Assembly (NCBI GenBank): GCA_944364615.1
Contig: CALVWF010000001.1
Location: 193,840 to 257,839, forward strand
DNA from: an uncultured Clostridia bacterium
Lineage (GTDB): Bacteria > Bacillota > Clostridia > Christensenellales > CAG-314
Reading direction: 5' to 3'
Length of the DNA: 64,000 nt
Shown here one piece after another: positions 29,001 to 39,998 of the stretch (positions are counted from its first letter, which is position 1; every line of letters begins with the position of its first letter). A program made the translations under genes and the position numbers. The notes beneath the pieces were generated by a model, which worked only from the letters and a program-made list of their open reading frames with translations, ran no database searches and was not told where the DNA came from.

Positions 29001-30185
29001 TTACTGCTGTATATACTTTTTAAGGTCTTCCACTCTGTCCAGTTTTTCCCATGCGAATCCTTCTCTGCCGAAATGTCCGTAACTTGCCGTAGGCTTGTAA
29101 ATGGGTTTCTGCAAATCGAACAGTTGAATTATTGCCTTGGGACGAAGATCGAATTCCTCCGAAATAACGGACGCTATTGCCACATCGTCCAGTTTGCCCG
29201 TGCCGTAGGTGTTGACGTCCAGCGAAACGGGTTTGGCGCGGCCGATAGCGTATGACACCTGCAACTGTATGCGATCGGCAAGACCTGCCGCCACAATGTT
29301 TTTACAGATGTATCTTGCCATATAAGCCGCACTGCGGTCCACCTTTGTCGCGTCCTTACCGCTGAACGCTCCTCCGCCGTGGGCACAGTAGCCGCCGTAG
29401 GTGTCTACGATTATTTTTCTTCCGGTCAGACCGCTGTCGGCGGCAGGACCCCCTATTTCGAATCGTCCTGTAGGATTGATGTAATATTTGGTCTTTTCGT
29501 CCAGCAGATTCAACGGCACTACCTTGCGGATTACCAGATTCATCATGTCTTTTGCAATGGTGTCCGTAGTAACGTCGGGACTGTGCTGTGTGCTGAGTAC
29601 GATGGTGTCAACACGCAACGGCTTGCCATCCTCGTCGTATTCCACCGTTACCTGACTCTTACCGTCGGGACGGAGATAGTCGACCAATCCCTGTTTGCGC
29701 ACTTCCGCAAGACGTTGCGCTATTCTCTGCGCGAGAGTTATTGCCATGGGCATATATTCGGGCGTTTCGTTGCAGGCGTAACCGAACATCATTCCCTGAT
29801 CGCCTGCGCCGTACATATCGAGTATTTCTCCCCTTTCACGGTATTCGCCCGAGTGGTCGACGCCAAGCGCGATGTCGGGAGATTGCTTGTCCAGCGAAAT
29901 TATTACTCCGCAACTGTCGGCATCAAAACCGTATTTTGCACGGGTATAGCCTATTTCTCTTACTGTATCTCTTACTATATTTGCAAAGTCAACCTTTGCC
30001 GTTGTGGTGATCTGTCCCATTACAAACACGGTACCCGTACACACCACCGTTTCGCATGCCACACGCGCGTCGGGATCCTGTTCAAGTACAGCGTCGAGTA
30101 TGGCGTCGCTGATCTGGTCGCACATTTTGTCGGGATGACCTTCCGTCACACTTTCCGACGTAAAAAATTTACCGCCTTTAATCAT
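29001..30185 (-). CDS. metK: S-adenosylmethionine synthetase
   Basis: [41 protein letters not shown]. Start moved to the ATG at 30185 after GGAGGAAAA. Confidence 0.95.
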   Translation of the reverse strand: MIKGGKFFTSESVTEGHPDKMCDQISDAILDAVLEQDPDARVACETVVCTGTVFVMGQITTTAKVDFANIVRDTVREIGYTRAKYGFDADSCGVIISLDKQSPDIALGVDHSGEYRERGEILDMYGAGDQGMMFGYACNETPEYMPMAITLAQRIAQRLAEVRKQGLVDYLRPDGKSQVTVEYDEDGKPLRVDTIVLSTQHSPDVTTDTIAKDMMNLVIRKVVPLNLLDEKTKYYINPTGRFEIGGPAADSGLTGRKIIVDTYGGYCAHGGGAFSGKDATKVDRSAAYMARYICKNIVAAGLADRIQLQVSYAIGRAKPVSLDVNTYGTGKLDDVAIASVISEEFDLRPKAIIQLFDLQKPIYKPTASYGHFGREGFAWEKLDRVEDLKKYIQQ

Positions 30186-30197
30186 TTGTTTTCCTCC

Positions 30198-30346
30198 AAA
30201 AAAAATGTCTTGCCACAGCAAGACAAGACAACGCACGTTTTTAATGTTGTCCCATCTTCCAAGGCTTACCTTGCGGAATTTAGCACCTTAATATACAGGT
30301 TGCTGTGTCTTCACTGAGTCCGTCTCTCCGACACTCTTGATAGGTT
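30198..30346 (-). promoter_or_regulatory. SAM-I (S-box) riboswitch with terminator expression platform, leader of metK
   Basis: The minus strand reads CCTATCAAGAG-GGAGAGAC-GACTCAGTGAAG-GCAACC...GGTGCTAAATTCCGCAAGG...GGAAGATGGG, matching the S-box core with P1 CCTATC/GATGGG. It is followed by the hairpin tgtcttgc-tgtg-gcaagaca plus T8 (30198-30224). Confidence 0.85.
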
Positions 30347-30351
30347 CTGTC

Positions 30352-30380
30352 ATTATACCATTGAAGCAAAGAATTGTCAA
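30352..30380 (-). promoter_or_regulatory. Consensus SigA promoter of the S-box-metK unit
   Basis: TTGACA (30380-30375), 17 nt, TATAAT (30357-30352) with an upstream TG. Confidence 0.7.
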
Positions 30381-30480
30381 CAAATTTGCAGTATGCCTTT
30401 TTGTTATATTGCATATACGGTAATTTTGTGTTAAAATAGGTCAAAACTGACAAAGTCATTACAATGACTGTGAGGTGAAT

Positions 30481-31596
30481 ATGACAAAAAAGAAAAAAAT
30501 TCTATCCATAGTTCTGTTAAGTCTGCTGACACTGCTGATTTGCCTTACCGCAGTTCATCTGATAGGCGACAACTACGCAATGGACTACGCGATGTCGATA
30601 AATGCGCAGTCGGTAAACGACGGAGTGTCGTTCGCAAAGTCTGCCGACGGAAGTCCCGCAACGGTGACGACTGAGGACGGAACGCTTAAAATACTGCAAC
30701 TGTCCGACACACACATAGTTGCAAGTCTGTTTACCAGAGGCACCGACAGACAGGCACTGGACGCCGTAAACGACATCGTTACCGCCACTCGTCCCGACCT
30801 TGTGATAATTACGGGAGACATGACGTACAGCACTCCCCCTCTCGGAAACGTGGACAATTCCAAAGCGTACAAGGCTCTGGCAACGCTTATGGAAAAATTT
30901 GAAATTCCTTGGACGGTAACTTACGGCAACCACGATCAGGATCCCTTCAATTTTTACAACACCGCAACGCAGACGGAATATTACAGTTCTCTTGAACACT
31001 GCCTGTTGTACGGCGCGGACGTTTCCGAAGGCGAAGGCAACCACATAGTAATGTTCAACAACGGCGACGGAAGCGCAAATACGGCGCTGTTTATGCTGGA
31101 TTGTCGCGGATACAGTTTCTTTCCCTTCAAGTACGCGCACATAGGCGACGCGCAGGCGGAATGGTATAAAGAAAGTGTGACGGAATTAAACAACGTGCAG
31201 TCTCTTGTATTCACGCACACTCCTCTTTACGAGTACCGCACGGCACTGAGTCTTTACAAATCGGGCAGCGACGAGGTACAGTACCTGCACGGCGCTTTCG
31301 ATAAAAGGGTGGCGTCTTCCGACACTGCGGGCAAAATGTTCCAATACATTGTGGAACTGGGAAGTACAAAAGCAGTATTCTGCGGGCACGACCACACCGA
31401 CAACTGGGCGCTTAAATATAAAGGCGTAGCACTGTGTTACGGAATGTCCATAGACTGTATCGCTTACCCGGGAATAGCCCTCCGCACGGAGCAGAGAGGC
31501 GGAAGACTGATAGAAATAGACTCGGACGGTACAATAACGCTGTCACTTGTTCCGCAGACAAACAACTACCAACCCACACAGCCGGTAGTTCTGTAA
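30481..31596 (+). CDS. Calcineurin-like metallophosphoesterase, N-terminally membrane-anchored
   Basis: LQLSDTHI, GDMTY, GNHD and GHDH motifs. N-terminal TM KKILSIVLLSLLTLLICL. Start taken as the ATG at 30481. Confidence 0.8.
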   Translation: MTKKKKILSIVLLSLLTLLICLTAVHLIGDNYAMDYAMSINAQSVNDGVSFAKSADGSPATVTTEDGTLKILQLSDTHIVASLFTRGTDRQALDAVNDIVTATRPDLVIITGDMTYSTPPLGNVDNSKAYKALATLMEKFEIPWTVTYGNHDQDPFNFYNTATQTEYYSSLEHCLLYGADVSEGEGNHIVMFNNGDGSANTALFMLDCRGYSFFPFKYAHIGDAQAEWYKESVTELNNVQSLVFTHTPLYEYRTALSLYKSGSDEVQYLHGAFDKRVASSDTAGKMFQYIVELGSTKAVFCGHDHTDNWALKYKGVALCYGMSIDCIAYPGIALRTEQRGGRLIEIDSDGTITLSLVPQTNNYQPTQPVVL

Positions 31597-31901
31597 CGTA
31601 AATGCTTGTACGAGGGGATTCCGTTTTACGTTTGCTGAAACAATCCCGAAGCCGTAATTTTTAACGCCCGTACTCACTTATACGTTTAACGGGGCGCTCC
31701 CTAACCGAATTAAGCGCGGTAATGACAATGTTCTCGATGTTACTTTAATTGTCTTTTAAAAGGGGGTATTTAAAACCAAAGAAATTTCCTGTTAAATTCC
31801 GCGGCGTTCGCGTTACGTCTTACCGTTGATGGCAACAATAACCGCCGTCGGAAAAACGGTTGGTGATGTAAATTTGCTTTTTGCGATATTTTAAATTTTA
31901 C

Positions 31902-31937
31902 AAAAAAACGCACAGTCCTCTCGGGCTGTGCGTTTAA
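31902..31937. terminator. Bidirectional rho-independent terminator
   Basis: A7 - acgcacag / ctgtgcgt - T-rich tract. Sits between convergent genes. Confidence 0.65.
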
Positions 31938-31951
31938 TATTTTTATTTGAA

Positions 31952-33751
31952 TTACAGAGTTTCTTCCGCCCTGCCGTCAAGCTCGCCCTGTTTGCGCTTT
32001 TCAATTTCTTCCATCATCATGTCGTAATACTTTTCGTCTATTATGAATTTCTTGTTCTGAATCACCAAAGAAACAATAAGCAACACCATAGGCAGCACAG
32101 ATACGCTGGCACGCAACCACAGTCGCATTGACAAAGTTCCCTTTTGCGCAAAGTTTTCGTTGGCGGCGTTAAAACCGTCGCCGGAAATTTCTATCGTTAC
32201 GTTTTTGAAATTGTCTGCGGTAATCACAGACGCGTCAACATCTTTTAACGTTGATGACACTTTGCCGTCCACCGCTATTCTTACATCGCCCAAAGCGCCG
32301 AGGTATTCCGCCTGAATCTGGTACTTGCTCAGAACTTCGTCCTGTTCAAGCAGTTTGTTTATTTCAGCGACTTTTTCCGCGTAGTCGGATGCCTCAGGAT
32401 CCAGATTGTAATCGTTGAGATACTTTTGAACGGATGTTACGTATTGCTGTTTTGCCTCGTAACTTTCGATACGTGCAAAGTAGTTTTTCTGCGTTTCCAT
32501 TGTCGAAATGTTCTGCGACAGAAGAAATACTCCCGACACCGCAAGAACCAATGTCACTATAACGTATTTAAGCGCGTCGGCAAACTTGGCCATAAAGGGA
32601 CGAAGCGTGGAAATTACCGCTTCATTGCGTTCGCCGCGCTTGTATTCGTTGTACTCTACGCAGTTGGTCATGTTGATGATACATGACATATAGTATATCG
32701 CCTGTCCTCCGAACACCAACACGCCGAACAGCGACAGTGTCCACAACTCAAACGGCAATATGCTCGTCCAACCGAGAAGAGCGATACCTGCGTATCCTAC
32801 GCACGCGACAATTATACTTACATTCTGTACCTTTTTGCGTCCCCAACGTCTGGAAAGCGCAGGATAAATAAGGTTGGCAAAGATGTTTATTACTCCGAAT
32901 ATCGCAATGAAAATAATTGTCTGTCCGTCGTAACCTATTTCTATGTAATACAAGTTGTAGGCAAGTGCTACAAGCAACGAACTGGCAATATTGTAAAACA
33001 ATATTATAAGCGTCATCCACAGTATCTGGTCGTTTTGCCTGATAGTCTTCCACATGTGTTTCAAAGAGATCTTCGAAGATTTTTCCACGGCGGTACGCGG
33101 ACGTTCCTTTACGAAAACTGCCGTGACCGTCTGCATGGAAACAAATATCACCACTACCGCGACGGATATCCAACTGAACGCCTGTCTGACGTTACCGGGA
33201 TACAGGAAGGAAATTCCGCCCTGACCTATAAATGCACCGAGGCCGGCAAACATAACGGTCAGAGTCGCAATGCTGTTGCGCTGTTCTTTTTTGCTGGAAA
33301 GACTGGCAAGCATGGACCAGTACCCGATGTCGTTCATCGTAAACGTAGTTTCCCACAACAGATAAAGCACGCACATAAGTACTACAAAGTTCCAGCCCGT
33401 AACGCTTACGGGAATGTTGAACATCATTATTATGACCGCTCCGCAGGTAACCGCGCCTATAAGTATCCAGGGTTTGAACTTGCCCCACTTCATGTGGGTA
33501 CCTTCGATTATAGCGCCCATCATGGGATCGTTGACGGCGTCCCAGATTCTGCCCACAATACCTATAATCAGGCTGACGGTAGTAAACTGAGCGACGTTGA
33601 GCGTCGCGCCGAACTGTACGTACACCAATAAAAACGATGCTATCAGTTGATAGGACATGTCGCGTCCTATACCGCTGAAACTGAACAACCACTTGTTCTT
33701 GTTAAACTGTCTGTCTTCCGCAGACAAAGGTTTTGTTGCTGATCGAGCCAT
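31952..33751 (-). CDS. GPH (glycoside-pentoside-hexuronide):cation symporter family transporter with a ~130-aa soluble insertion before the last TM
   Basis: GPH signature ...GRIWDAVNDPMMGAIIEGTHMKWGKFKPWILIGA. 599 aa against ~460 typical. Confidence 0.8.
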   Translation of the reverse strand: MARSATKPLSAEDRQFNKNKWLFSFSGIGRDMSYQLIASFLLVYVQFGATLNVAQFTTVSLIIGIVGRIWDAVNDPMMGAIIEGTHMKWGKFKPWILIGAVTCGAVIIMMFNIPVSVTGWNFVVLMCVLYLLWETTFTMNDIGYWSMLASLSSKKEQRNSIATLTVMFAGLGAFIGQGGISFLYPGNVRQAFSWISVAVVVIFVSMQTVTAVFVKERPRTAVEKSSKISLKHMWKTIRQNDQILWMTLIILFYNIASSLLVALAYNLYYIEIGYDGQTIIFIAIFGVINIFANLIYPALSRRWGRKKVQNVSIIVACVGYAGIALLGWTSILPFELWTLSLFGVLVFGGQAIYYMSCIINMTNCVEYNEYKRGERNEAVISTLRPFMAKFADALKYVIVTLVLAVSGVFLLSQNISTMETQKNYFARIESYEAKQQYVTSVQKYLNDYNLDPEASDYAEKVAEINKLLEQDEVLSKYQIQAEYLGALGDVRIAVDGKVSSTLKDVDASVITADNFKNVTIEISGDGFNAANENFAQKGTLSMRLWLRASVSVLPMVLLIVSLVIQNKKFIIDEKYYDMMMEEIEKRKQGELDGRAEETL

Positions 33752-34265
33752 GTATGTTTCCTCGCTTAAAATTACTTCCGCAATAGTTGCATCCGCTTAA
33801 AAAATTATATCACAAGAAACGCGTCAAAAAGTTAAAAATGAAAAATTTTGCTGTAATTTCGCAAAAAAACGAAGGAGCAATCGGACATAACGCTACACTG
33901 TATTACAATTGAACGGACGAATGGGGCAATTACCATTTTGTCAAATAAAATCAACTGCGCAATTTACTACGATAAGCCGTACGTCAGACAGCATAAACAA
34001 AGACATTTGCGCTTTTTACAAAAAAATCGAACCGAAAAATTTGCGCAAACCGACAAAAATGAAACAAAACTCACGCGCAAAACTCATTGCACTTTTACCG
34101 CATTTAACGCAAAGTACTCAAATTTAAACACAAGCCATTGGAAACTCGATAAAATCAGATATATTCCATTAAAAACTGCACTGAAAAACGCAGGTCGCTC
34201 ATGCGACCTGCGCTCTCCAAGAGAAGAATACTTCGATGATACGTGCGTATCACCGTCAAAGGCTT

Positions 34266-34763
34266 TTATTTAAGTAAGACTTTTGCAATCGATGCAAGTC
34301 CCGCTACACAGGAGAACGCTCCCGACAGAATAGCGCCTATTCCCAACTGCCACAATCCGGTAGTGTCTACATATTCACTGCCTATAACTGTTGCGGGGAA
34401 TGTCTGCACCATAAGAAACGCGCACACGCCCGCAGCAATAAACGCGCCTGCGGCAATAAAGTTAAACAATGAAGATTTTCTGAACAACACTACCAACACA
34501 ATGCCGGCGATGGGAAGCATATAAGCAATAAGAGCAAGTGCATTAACATTCAAAACTTGCACCTTTCCCTCCAGAACTCCGCTGATACCCAAGGTCTTGC
34601 TGTAACCGAAAGCCGTCTGAACGCCTGTAAAACTGCTGTCGGTATCAGGTTGCACCACTGCGGGAGCGAACATCATAAGGATAGCCGCCAGTCCGAACAA
34701 ACAAGCAATTGCCGTCAGTATCAATGTAGTCTGTTTCTTTGACTTGGATTTTCTTTTAGCCAT
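34266..34763 (-). CDS. Hypothetical membrane protein (4 TM)
   Basis: MAKRKSKSKKQTTLILTAIACLFGLAAILMMF.... Start moved to the ATG at 34763 after AAAGGAGA. Confidence 0.55.
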   Translation of the reverse strand: MAKRKSKSKKQTTLILTAIACLFGLAAILMMFAPAVVQPDTDSSFTGVQTAFGYSKTLGISGVLEGKVQVLNVNALALIAYMLPIAGIVLVVLFRKSSLFNFIAAGAFIAAGVCAFLMVQTFPATVIGSEYVDTTGLWQLGIGAILSGAFSCVAGLASIAKVLLK

Positions 34764-34952
34764 AAAATATATCTCCTTTCTCCGATTAAGACGAGTAGTA
34801 CGCCTTTTTTTACAGTATAGCACAGCAAACCGTTTAATAAAATACGTTTGCAAAAAAATGAAATATTTTCTCTATTGTTCTTCTTATATGTACGTTTGTC
34901 AAAAAGGTATTTTAATGGTATAATTGAGTAACCACACAAGGAGAAAATTTAT

Positions 34953-35390
34953 ATGATAAGAAAGTACACCTCCCGAGACCGAAACACGGTTTACGAAATG
35001 TTTAAAGAATTTTACAACAGCCCTGCCGTGCTGCACAATGTAGATTGTGCGAATTTTTCCAATACTCTTGACGAGGCGGAAAGAAACAGTCCTTATGTTG
35101 CGCTGTACGTAATAGAACATCTCGGTCAGCCTGCCGGCTACGGACAGTTGTCGCTGACCTACAGTAACGAAGCGGGAGGCAAAGTGGTACTTGTAGAGGA
35201 AATATTTATCAGACAACAGTATAGAGGTTGCGGATTGGGCTCGGAGTTTTTCCGTCATATTTTCAACGAATACAAAGACGCTAAAAGATTCCGCCTTGAA
35301 ACGGAGCCATCCAACCAAAGGGCTGCCGCGTTGTACTTGAAGTTGGGATTCAAACCGCTTGACTATCTGCAATTCGTAAAGGAAGACTGA
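34953..35390 (+). CDS. GNAT family N-acetyltransferase
   Basis: ...IFIRQQYRGCGLGSEFF... motif A. RBS AAGGAGAA. Confidence 0.8.
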   Translation: MIRKYTSRDRNTVYEMFKEFYNSPAVLHNVDCANFSNTLDEAERNSPYVALYVIEHLGQPAGYGQLSLTYSNEAGGKVVLVEEIFIRQQYRGCGLGSEFFRHIFNEYKDAKRFRLETEPSNQRAAALYLKLGFKPLDYLQFVKED

Positions 35391-35558
35391 CACTTTCGCC
35401 CAACGTCCGAAACGGCAAAAACACAGACGGCAAACTGCACGTTTTTTACGAACGTCAATCCGTTACAACACACCCGTCGTGTACAAAACCGATACACAAA
35501 AAAAGGCAACTGCGCTTTACCGCAGTTGCCTTTTAATTTTGCTTTAATTTACCTTACG

Positions 35559-37982
35559 TCAGACAATGATATTGACCAGTCTGCCGGGTATTACAATGAT
35601 CTTTTTAACGGTTTTGCCTTCAAGAGCCTCTTTTACCTTGGCGTCCGCAAGCACCGCTTCCTGTATCTGCTGAGCGTCAAGACAGGAATTTATCATTATT
35701 CTCACTTTGGGACGGCTGTTAAATTGTACGAGTATTTCCGTCTGCGACGCTGTAAGGCACTTTTCGTCGTATGTCGGGAAAGGCTGTCTTACAACGGGAT
35801 AAGGTTTGCCTGCCATGCTCCACAGTTCTTCGGTGATGTGGGGAGCCAGGGGAGCAAGCAATCTGATCAGATCGCACACCGTATCCTGATACAGTTGTCT
35901 GTTCTTTACGGGCTGTGATTCGTAACGTACAAGCGCGTTTACCAGTTCCATCATGCGGGCGACCGCAGTATTGAAGGAAAACTGCGAGTAATCGTTGTCA
36001 ACGCTTTTTATGGTATTGTGTCTTACACGGTTGAGAAGTTGTTCTTCCTCCCCGATTAAAGTGTGTTCTTCGTATTTGCCGAATGCGTTGATTACGCAAC
36101 GCTCCACACGGTCAAGCCATTTGTTGATAGCCTTGATGCCGTCGTCCGACCATGGGCCGCCTTCGATGTACTTGAAGCCGAAGGCAAGATAACAACGGAA
36201 AACATCCGAGCCGTATTCGGAAACGTAATCGTCGGGACTTACTATATTGCCGTGAGATTTGCTCATACGGTTGCCGTCGGGACCCAATATGATTCCCTGA
36301 TGTACCAGAGATTTAAACGGTTCGTCAAAATGAAGATATCCCATATCGCGCAACGCTTTTGTGATGAAACGCGCATACAGCAAATGCATGCAGGCATGTT
36401 CGGCGCCGCCTACGTACTTGTCAACGGGAAGCATCTTGTCTATCCACTCGGTGTCAAAGGGTTTGTCTGCGTTTTTGCTGTCGGGGTAACGCAAGTAATA
36501 CCAACTGCTGCACACGAATGTGTCCAGAGTGTCCGTTTCCCTTCTGGCGGGACGTCCGCACTTGGGACATCTTACATCGTGCACAAACTTTTCGTGTTTG
36601 GCAAGCGGGCTTGTGCCGTCGGGAGTAAAGTTGACGTCGTGAGGAAGTTTTACGGGAAGATTTTCATCCAGAACTTCACCGCATTCGGGACAGTAAATAA
36701 TGGGAATGGGCGCGCCCCAGTATCTTTGACGGGAAACCAGCCAGTCACGCAGACGGTAATTGGTTTTAAGACGTCCCTTGCCCTTCGCCTGAAGGTACTT
36801 GACGACTTCTTCCCGTCCTTTTTCGCTTGACATTCCGTCAAACTTGTCGCTGTTGACCATTACGCCGTATTCGCAGTAGGGAAGACTGTCATCCGAGCCG
36901 TCAGCCGACTTTATTACTCGTCTGATGTCTATATTGTGTTTTTTAGCAAACAGATAGTCGCGTTCGTCGTGAGCGGGAACACCCATTACCGCGCCCGTGC
37001 CGTAGGTTGCAAGAACATAATCTCCAATCCACACCTGCACCTTTTCGCCGTTTGCGGGGTTTATCGCATATGCGCCCGTAAACACGCCCGTTTTTTCCTT
37101 CGAGGTGGACAAACGCTCTATTTCGTTGGTCTTGGCAACTTTCTGACGGTACTCTTCCACCGCCTGTCTGTATTGGGGCAAAGTTATCTCATCCACCAGT
37201 TGATGTTCGGGCGCAAGCACCACGTAAGTACATCCGTACAGAGTGTCTGCTCGAGTGGTAAACACATCGAACGTCTTGCCGTTTTCCAACGTAAAGGTAA
37301 TTTCTCCGCCGGTACTCTTGCCTATCCAGTTTTTCTGCATGAGCTTGGTCTTTTCCGGCCAATCCAATGAGTCGAGACCGTTGAGCAGTTCTTCGGCGTA
37401 ATCGGTGATCTTAAAAAACCACTGCGTCAGATCTTTTTTTATTACCTGACTTTCGCATCTTTCGCAATGTCCGTCCACTACCTGTTCGTTTGCAAGCACG
37501 GTGTTGCAACCGGGACACCAGTTGACAGGCGCTTTTTTACGATAGGCAAGTCCGTGTTTGTACAACTGGGCAAAAATCCACTGCGTCCATTTGTAATATT
37601 CGGGCGTACAGGTCTTGATTTCCGCATCCCAATCGAAAATCGCGCCGATGTTTTTAAGTTGCTTTTCCATAAAAGCAATGTTGCTCATCGTGCTGTCTTC
37701 GGGGTGAACTCCGTGTTTTATGGCAAAGTTTTCCGCGGGCAATCCGAATGCGTCGAAACCCATGGGCTGAAACACATTTGCGCCTTTCATAATCTTGTAA
37801 CGGGCGAAACTGTCGCTGAGCGCGTAGTTGTACCAGTGCCCTATGTGAAGTTTGTAACCGCTGGGGTAGGAAAACATTTCCAGAACGTAATATTTGTTTT
37901 CCACGTTGTTTTTGTCGAACTTATATACTCCGTGTTGTTCCCAGTACTCTTTCCATTTCTTTTCAATAGCTAACTTGTCCAT
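35559..37982 (-). CDS. leuS: Leucyl-tRNA synthetase
   Basis: HIGH region ([10 protein letters not shown]), KMSKS (RMSKSHGN), CP1 editing domain. 807 aa. Confidence 0.95.
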   Translation of the reverse strand: MDKLAIEKKWKEYWEQHGVYKFDKNNVENKYYVLEMFSYPSGYKLHIGHWYNYALSDSFARYKIMKGANVFQPMGFDAFGLPAENFAIKHGVHPEDSTMSNIAFMEKQLKNIGAIFDWDAEIKTCTPEYYKWTQWIFAQLYKHGLAYRKKAPVNWCPGCNTVLANEQVVDGHCERCESQVIKKDLTQWFFKITDYAEELLNGLDSLDWPEKTKLMQKNWIGKSTGGEITFTLENGKTFDVFTTRADTLYGCTYVVLAPEHQLVDEITLPQYRQAVEEYRQKVAKTNEIERLSTSKEKTGVFTGAYAINPANGEKVQVWIGDYVLATYGTGAVMGVPAHDERDYLFAKKHNIDIRRVIKSADGSDDSLPYCEYGVMVNSDKFDGMSSEKGREEVVKYLQAKGKGRLKTNYRLRDWLVSRQRYWGAPIPIIYCPECGEVLDENLPVKLPHDVNFTPDGTSPLAKHEKFVHDVRCPKCGRPARRETDTLDTFVCSSWYYLRYPDSKNADKPFDTEWIDKMLPVDKYVGGAEHACMHLLYARFITKALRDMGYLHFDEPFKSLVHQGIILGPDGNRMSKSHGNIVSPDDYVSEYGSDVFRCYLAFGFKYIEGGPWSDDGIKAINKWLDRVERCVINAFGKYEEHTLIGEEEQLLNRVRHNTIKSVDNDYSQFSFNTAVARMMELVNALVRYESQPVKNRQLYQDTVCDLIRLLAPLAPHITEELWSMAGKPYPVVRQPFPTYDEKCLTASQTEILVQFNSRPKVRIMINSCLDAQQIQEAVLADAKVKEALEGKTVKKIIVIPGRLVNIIV

Positions 37983-38012
37983 TTTACCCCTCTCTAAAGA
38001 GTTTTCGTGGTA

Positions 38013-38041
38013 ATTTTAATACATTGACAGCGCATTGTCAA
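38013..38041 (-). promoter_or_regulatory. SigA-type promoter of leuS (short leader, no T-box)
   Basis: TTGACA (38041-38036), 17 nt, TAAAAT (38018-38013). Confidence 0.55.
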
Positions 38042-38178
38042 GTAATACCGACGGAGCGCCGACAAATGCCTTCGACAGGGCGAATTTGTGAAAAACATAC
38101 CTCACATCATTTACAGGCTGAAATAATTTTGATATAATAACTGAATACAGGTGTACACCGCGACCCAAAGGAGACACA

Positions 38179-38640
38179 ATGAAAATCAAGTACAGAAACG
38201 GAATTTACGACGGCGAACTCAAAGATGGCGTTCCCGACGGCAAAGGTACGCTGAACAATTTAAACGGATCATCCTACAGCGGTCAGTGGAAAAACGGCAG
38301 ATTCGAAGGACAAGGCACCTACCGTTGGACAAACGGTAACATTTACGAAGGTCAATGGTCAAACGGACAGATGCACGGCAAAGGCAAACTGACATTTTAC
38401 GACGGTTCGGTGTACGAGGGACAATTTGCCCGTCACAACTTAAACGGAAACGGAACGATGCGCTACTCCGACGGGCACCGTTACGAAGGACAGTGGAAAG
38501 AGGGCAGACGGCACGGACAGGGAACGATGTTTCACCCGGACGGTACGCAAGACGGAGGCGAATGGATGACGGACGGTCTGCTGTTGGATGACAGCACATT
38601 CGGCAGTTTGTTTTGTCGGGGCGACGAAGACGCCGACTGA
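38179..38640 (+). CDS. MORN-repeat protein (about 5-6 repeats), no signal peptide
   Basis: Contiguous 23-aa units of the form YxGxWxxGxxxGxGT, for example YSGQWKNGRFEGQGTYRWTNGNI. RBS AAAGGAGA. Confidence 0.85.
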   Translation: MKIKYRNGIYDGELKDGVPDGKGTLNNLNGSSYSGQWKNGRFEGQGTYRWTNGNIYEGQWSNGQMHGKGKLTFYDGSVYEGQFARHNLNGNGTMRYSDGHRYEGQWKEGRRHGQGTMFHPDGTQDGGEWMTDGLLLDDSTFGSLFCRGDEDAD

Positions 38641-38675
38641 ATTTTTAGACGTAAAACGATTTTGCGGGAGGGAAT

Positions 38676-39998
38676 ATGAAAATAACTTACACAAACGGTT
38701 ACTACGAAGGAGAGGTACGCAACGGACTGAAACACGGCAAAGGCACTTACAAGTGGAACAACGGCGACAGATATGAAGGACAATGGGTAAACGATGTACG
38801 CACGGGTCAGGGGAAATATTACTGGGCTGACGGTACCGTTTACACGGGAGAATTTCTGAACGACAAAATCTGCGGCAAGGGAACAGAAACTTTCACGGAC
38901 GGACGGCGCTGCGAAGGACAATGGAAAGACGACAAATGCAACGGACAGGGAATTTATTACTTTAACAGCGGAAACAGGTACGAAGGACTGTTTGTCAACG
39001 GCAAATTCAACGGACGAGGTATCTTTTACTTTGTCAACGGCGACAGATACGAAGGACAATTTAAAGACGGTCTGTTCAACGGACAGGGTACAATGTACCA
39101 CCTTAACGGCGGCAGGTATGAAGGACAATGGAAAGACGACAAATGCAACGGACAGGGAATTTATTACTTTAACAGCGGAAACAGGTACGAAGGACTGTTT
39201 GTCAACGGCAAATTCAACGGACGAGGTATCTTTTACTTTGTCAACGGCGACAGATACGAAGGACAGTTTAAAGACGACCTGTTCAACGGACAGGGTACAA
39301 TGTACTACGCTGTCGGAGACAAATACGAAGGTCAATGGAAGGACGACAAGCGTAACGGACAGGGAATTTATTACTTTCGCAGCGGCTCCAGATACGAAGG
39401 TCAGTTTAAAGACGACATTCGCGACGGACAAGGCACCTACTACTTCGTCGGCGGCAACAGGTACGAAGGACTGTTTGTCAACGGCAAATTCAACGGACAA
39501 GGTATATTTTACTTTGCCAACGGCGACAGATACGAAGGTCAGTTTAAAGACGACCTGTTCAACGGACAGGGTACAATGTACCACCTTAACGGCGGCAGGT
39601 ATGAAGGACAATGGAAAGACGACAAATGCAACGGACAGGGAGTCTACTACTTTAACAACGGCGACAAATACGAAGGAGCATGGGTAAACAACGTACGCAC
39701 GGGGCAGGGCATCTACTGCTTTGCCAACGGCGATACCTACGAAGGAGAATTTGCCGACAACAGATTTGACGGATACGGTGTTGTCGACTACTCTTCAAAA
39801 GGCGAAAGATATGCGGGAGAATGGCGAAAGGGAAAGTACAACGGCTCGGGAACGCTTTATCTCAACGACGGAAGCAAGATAACGGCAATCTGGCAAGACG
39901 GCGAAGTCTTTAAAGGACAAAAGTACAATGCGGACGGTACAACCGAGGAATTAACAAAAATATCCGAATCGGAGGGAACAAATGAGACTGAATTTTAA
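38676..39998 (+). CDS. MORN-repeat protein (about 18 contiguous repeats)
   Basis: Almost the whole 440 aa is a gap-free array of 23-aa MORN units (YEGQWKDDKCNGQGIYYFNSGNR...). RBS GGGAGGGAA. Confidence 0.85.
   Translation: MKITYTNGYYEGEVRNGLKHGKGTYKWNNGDRYEGQWVNDVRTGQGKYYWADGTVYTGEFLNDKICGKGTETFTDGRRCEGQWKDDKCNGQGIYYFNSGNRYEGLFVNGKFNGRGIFYFVNGDRYEGQFKDGLFNGQGTMYHLNGGRYEGQWKDDKCNGQGIYYFNSGNRYEGLFVNGKFNGRGIFYFVNGDRYEGQFKDDLFNGQGTMYYAVGDKYEGQWKDDKRNGQGIYYFRSGSRYEGQFKDDIRDGQGTYYFVGGNRYEGLFVNGKFNGQGIFYFANGDRYEGQFKDDLFNGQGTMYHLNGGRYEGQWKDDKCNGQGVYYFNNGDKYEGAWVNNVRTGQGIYCFANGDTYEGEFADNRFDGYGVVDYSSKGERYAGEWRKGKYNGSGTLYLNDGSKITAIWQDGEVFKGQKYNADGTTEELTKISESEGTNETEF
38913..39305 (+). repeat. Near-perfect tandem duplication inside the second MORN gene (period 207 bp = 3 MORN units)
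   Basis: 38913-39098 and 39120-39305 differ at only 3 of 186 positions by hand alignment. A third, more diverged copy lies around 39455-39640. Confidence 0.9.

Noticed and set aside
37983-38178. Expected T-box leader upstream of leuS
   Set aside because: Only ~30 nt separate the TTGACA-17-TAAAAT promoter from the SD. I found no T-box sequence (…GGTGGTACCGCG…), specifier loop or terminator/antiterminator.
38532-39611. 359-aa minus-strand ORF, and the 231-aa +2-frame ORF (38992-39687), across the MORN genes
   Set aside because: These are artefacts of the 69-nt periodic repeat, which removes stop codons in several frames. The products are low-complexity (V/S/F/A or T/D/K). The MORN frame has SDs and a coherent 23-aa repeat.
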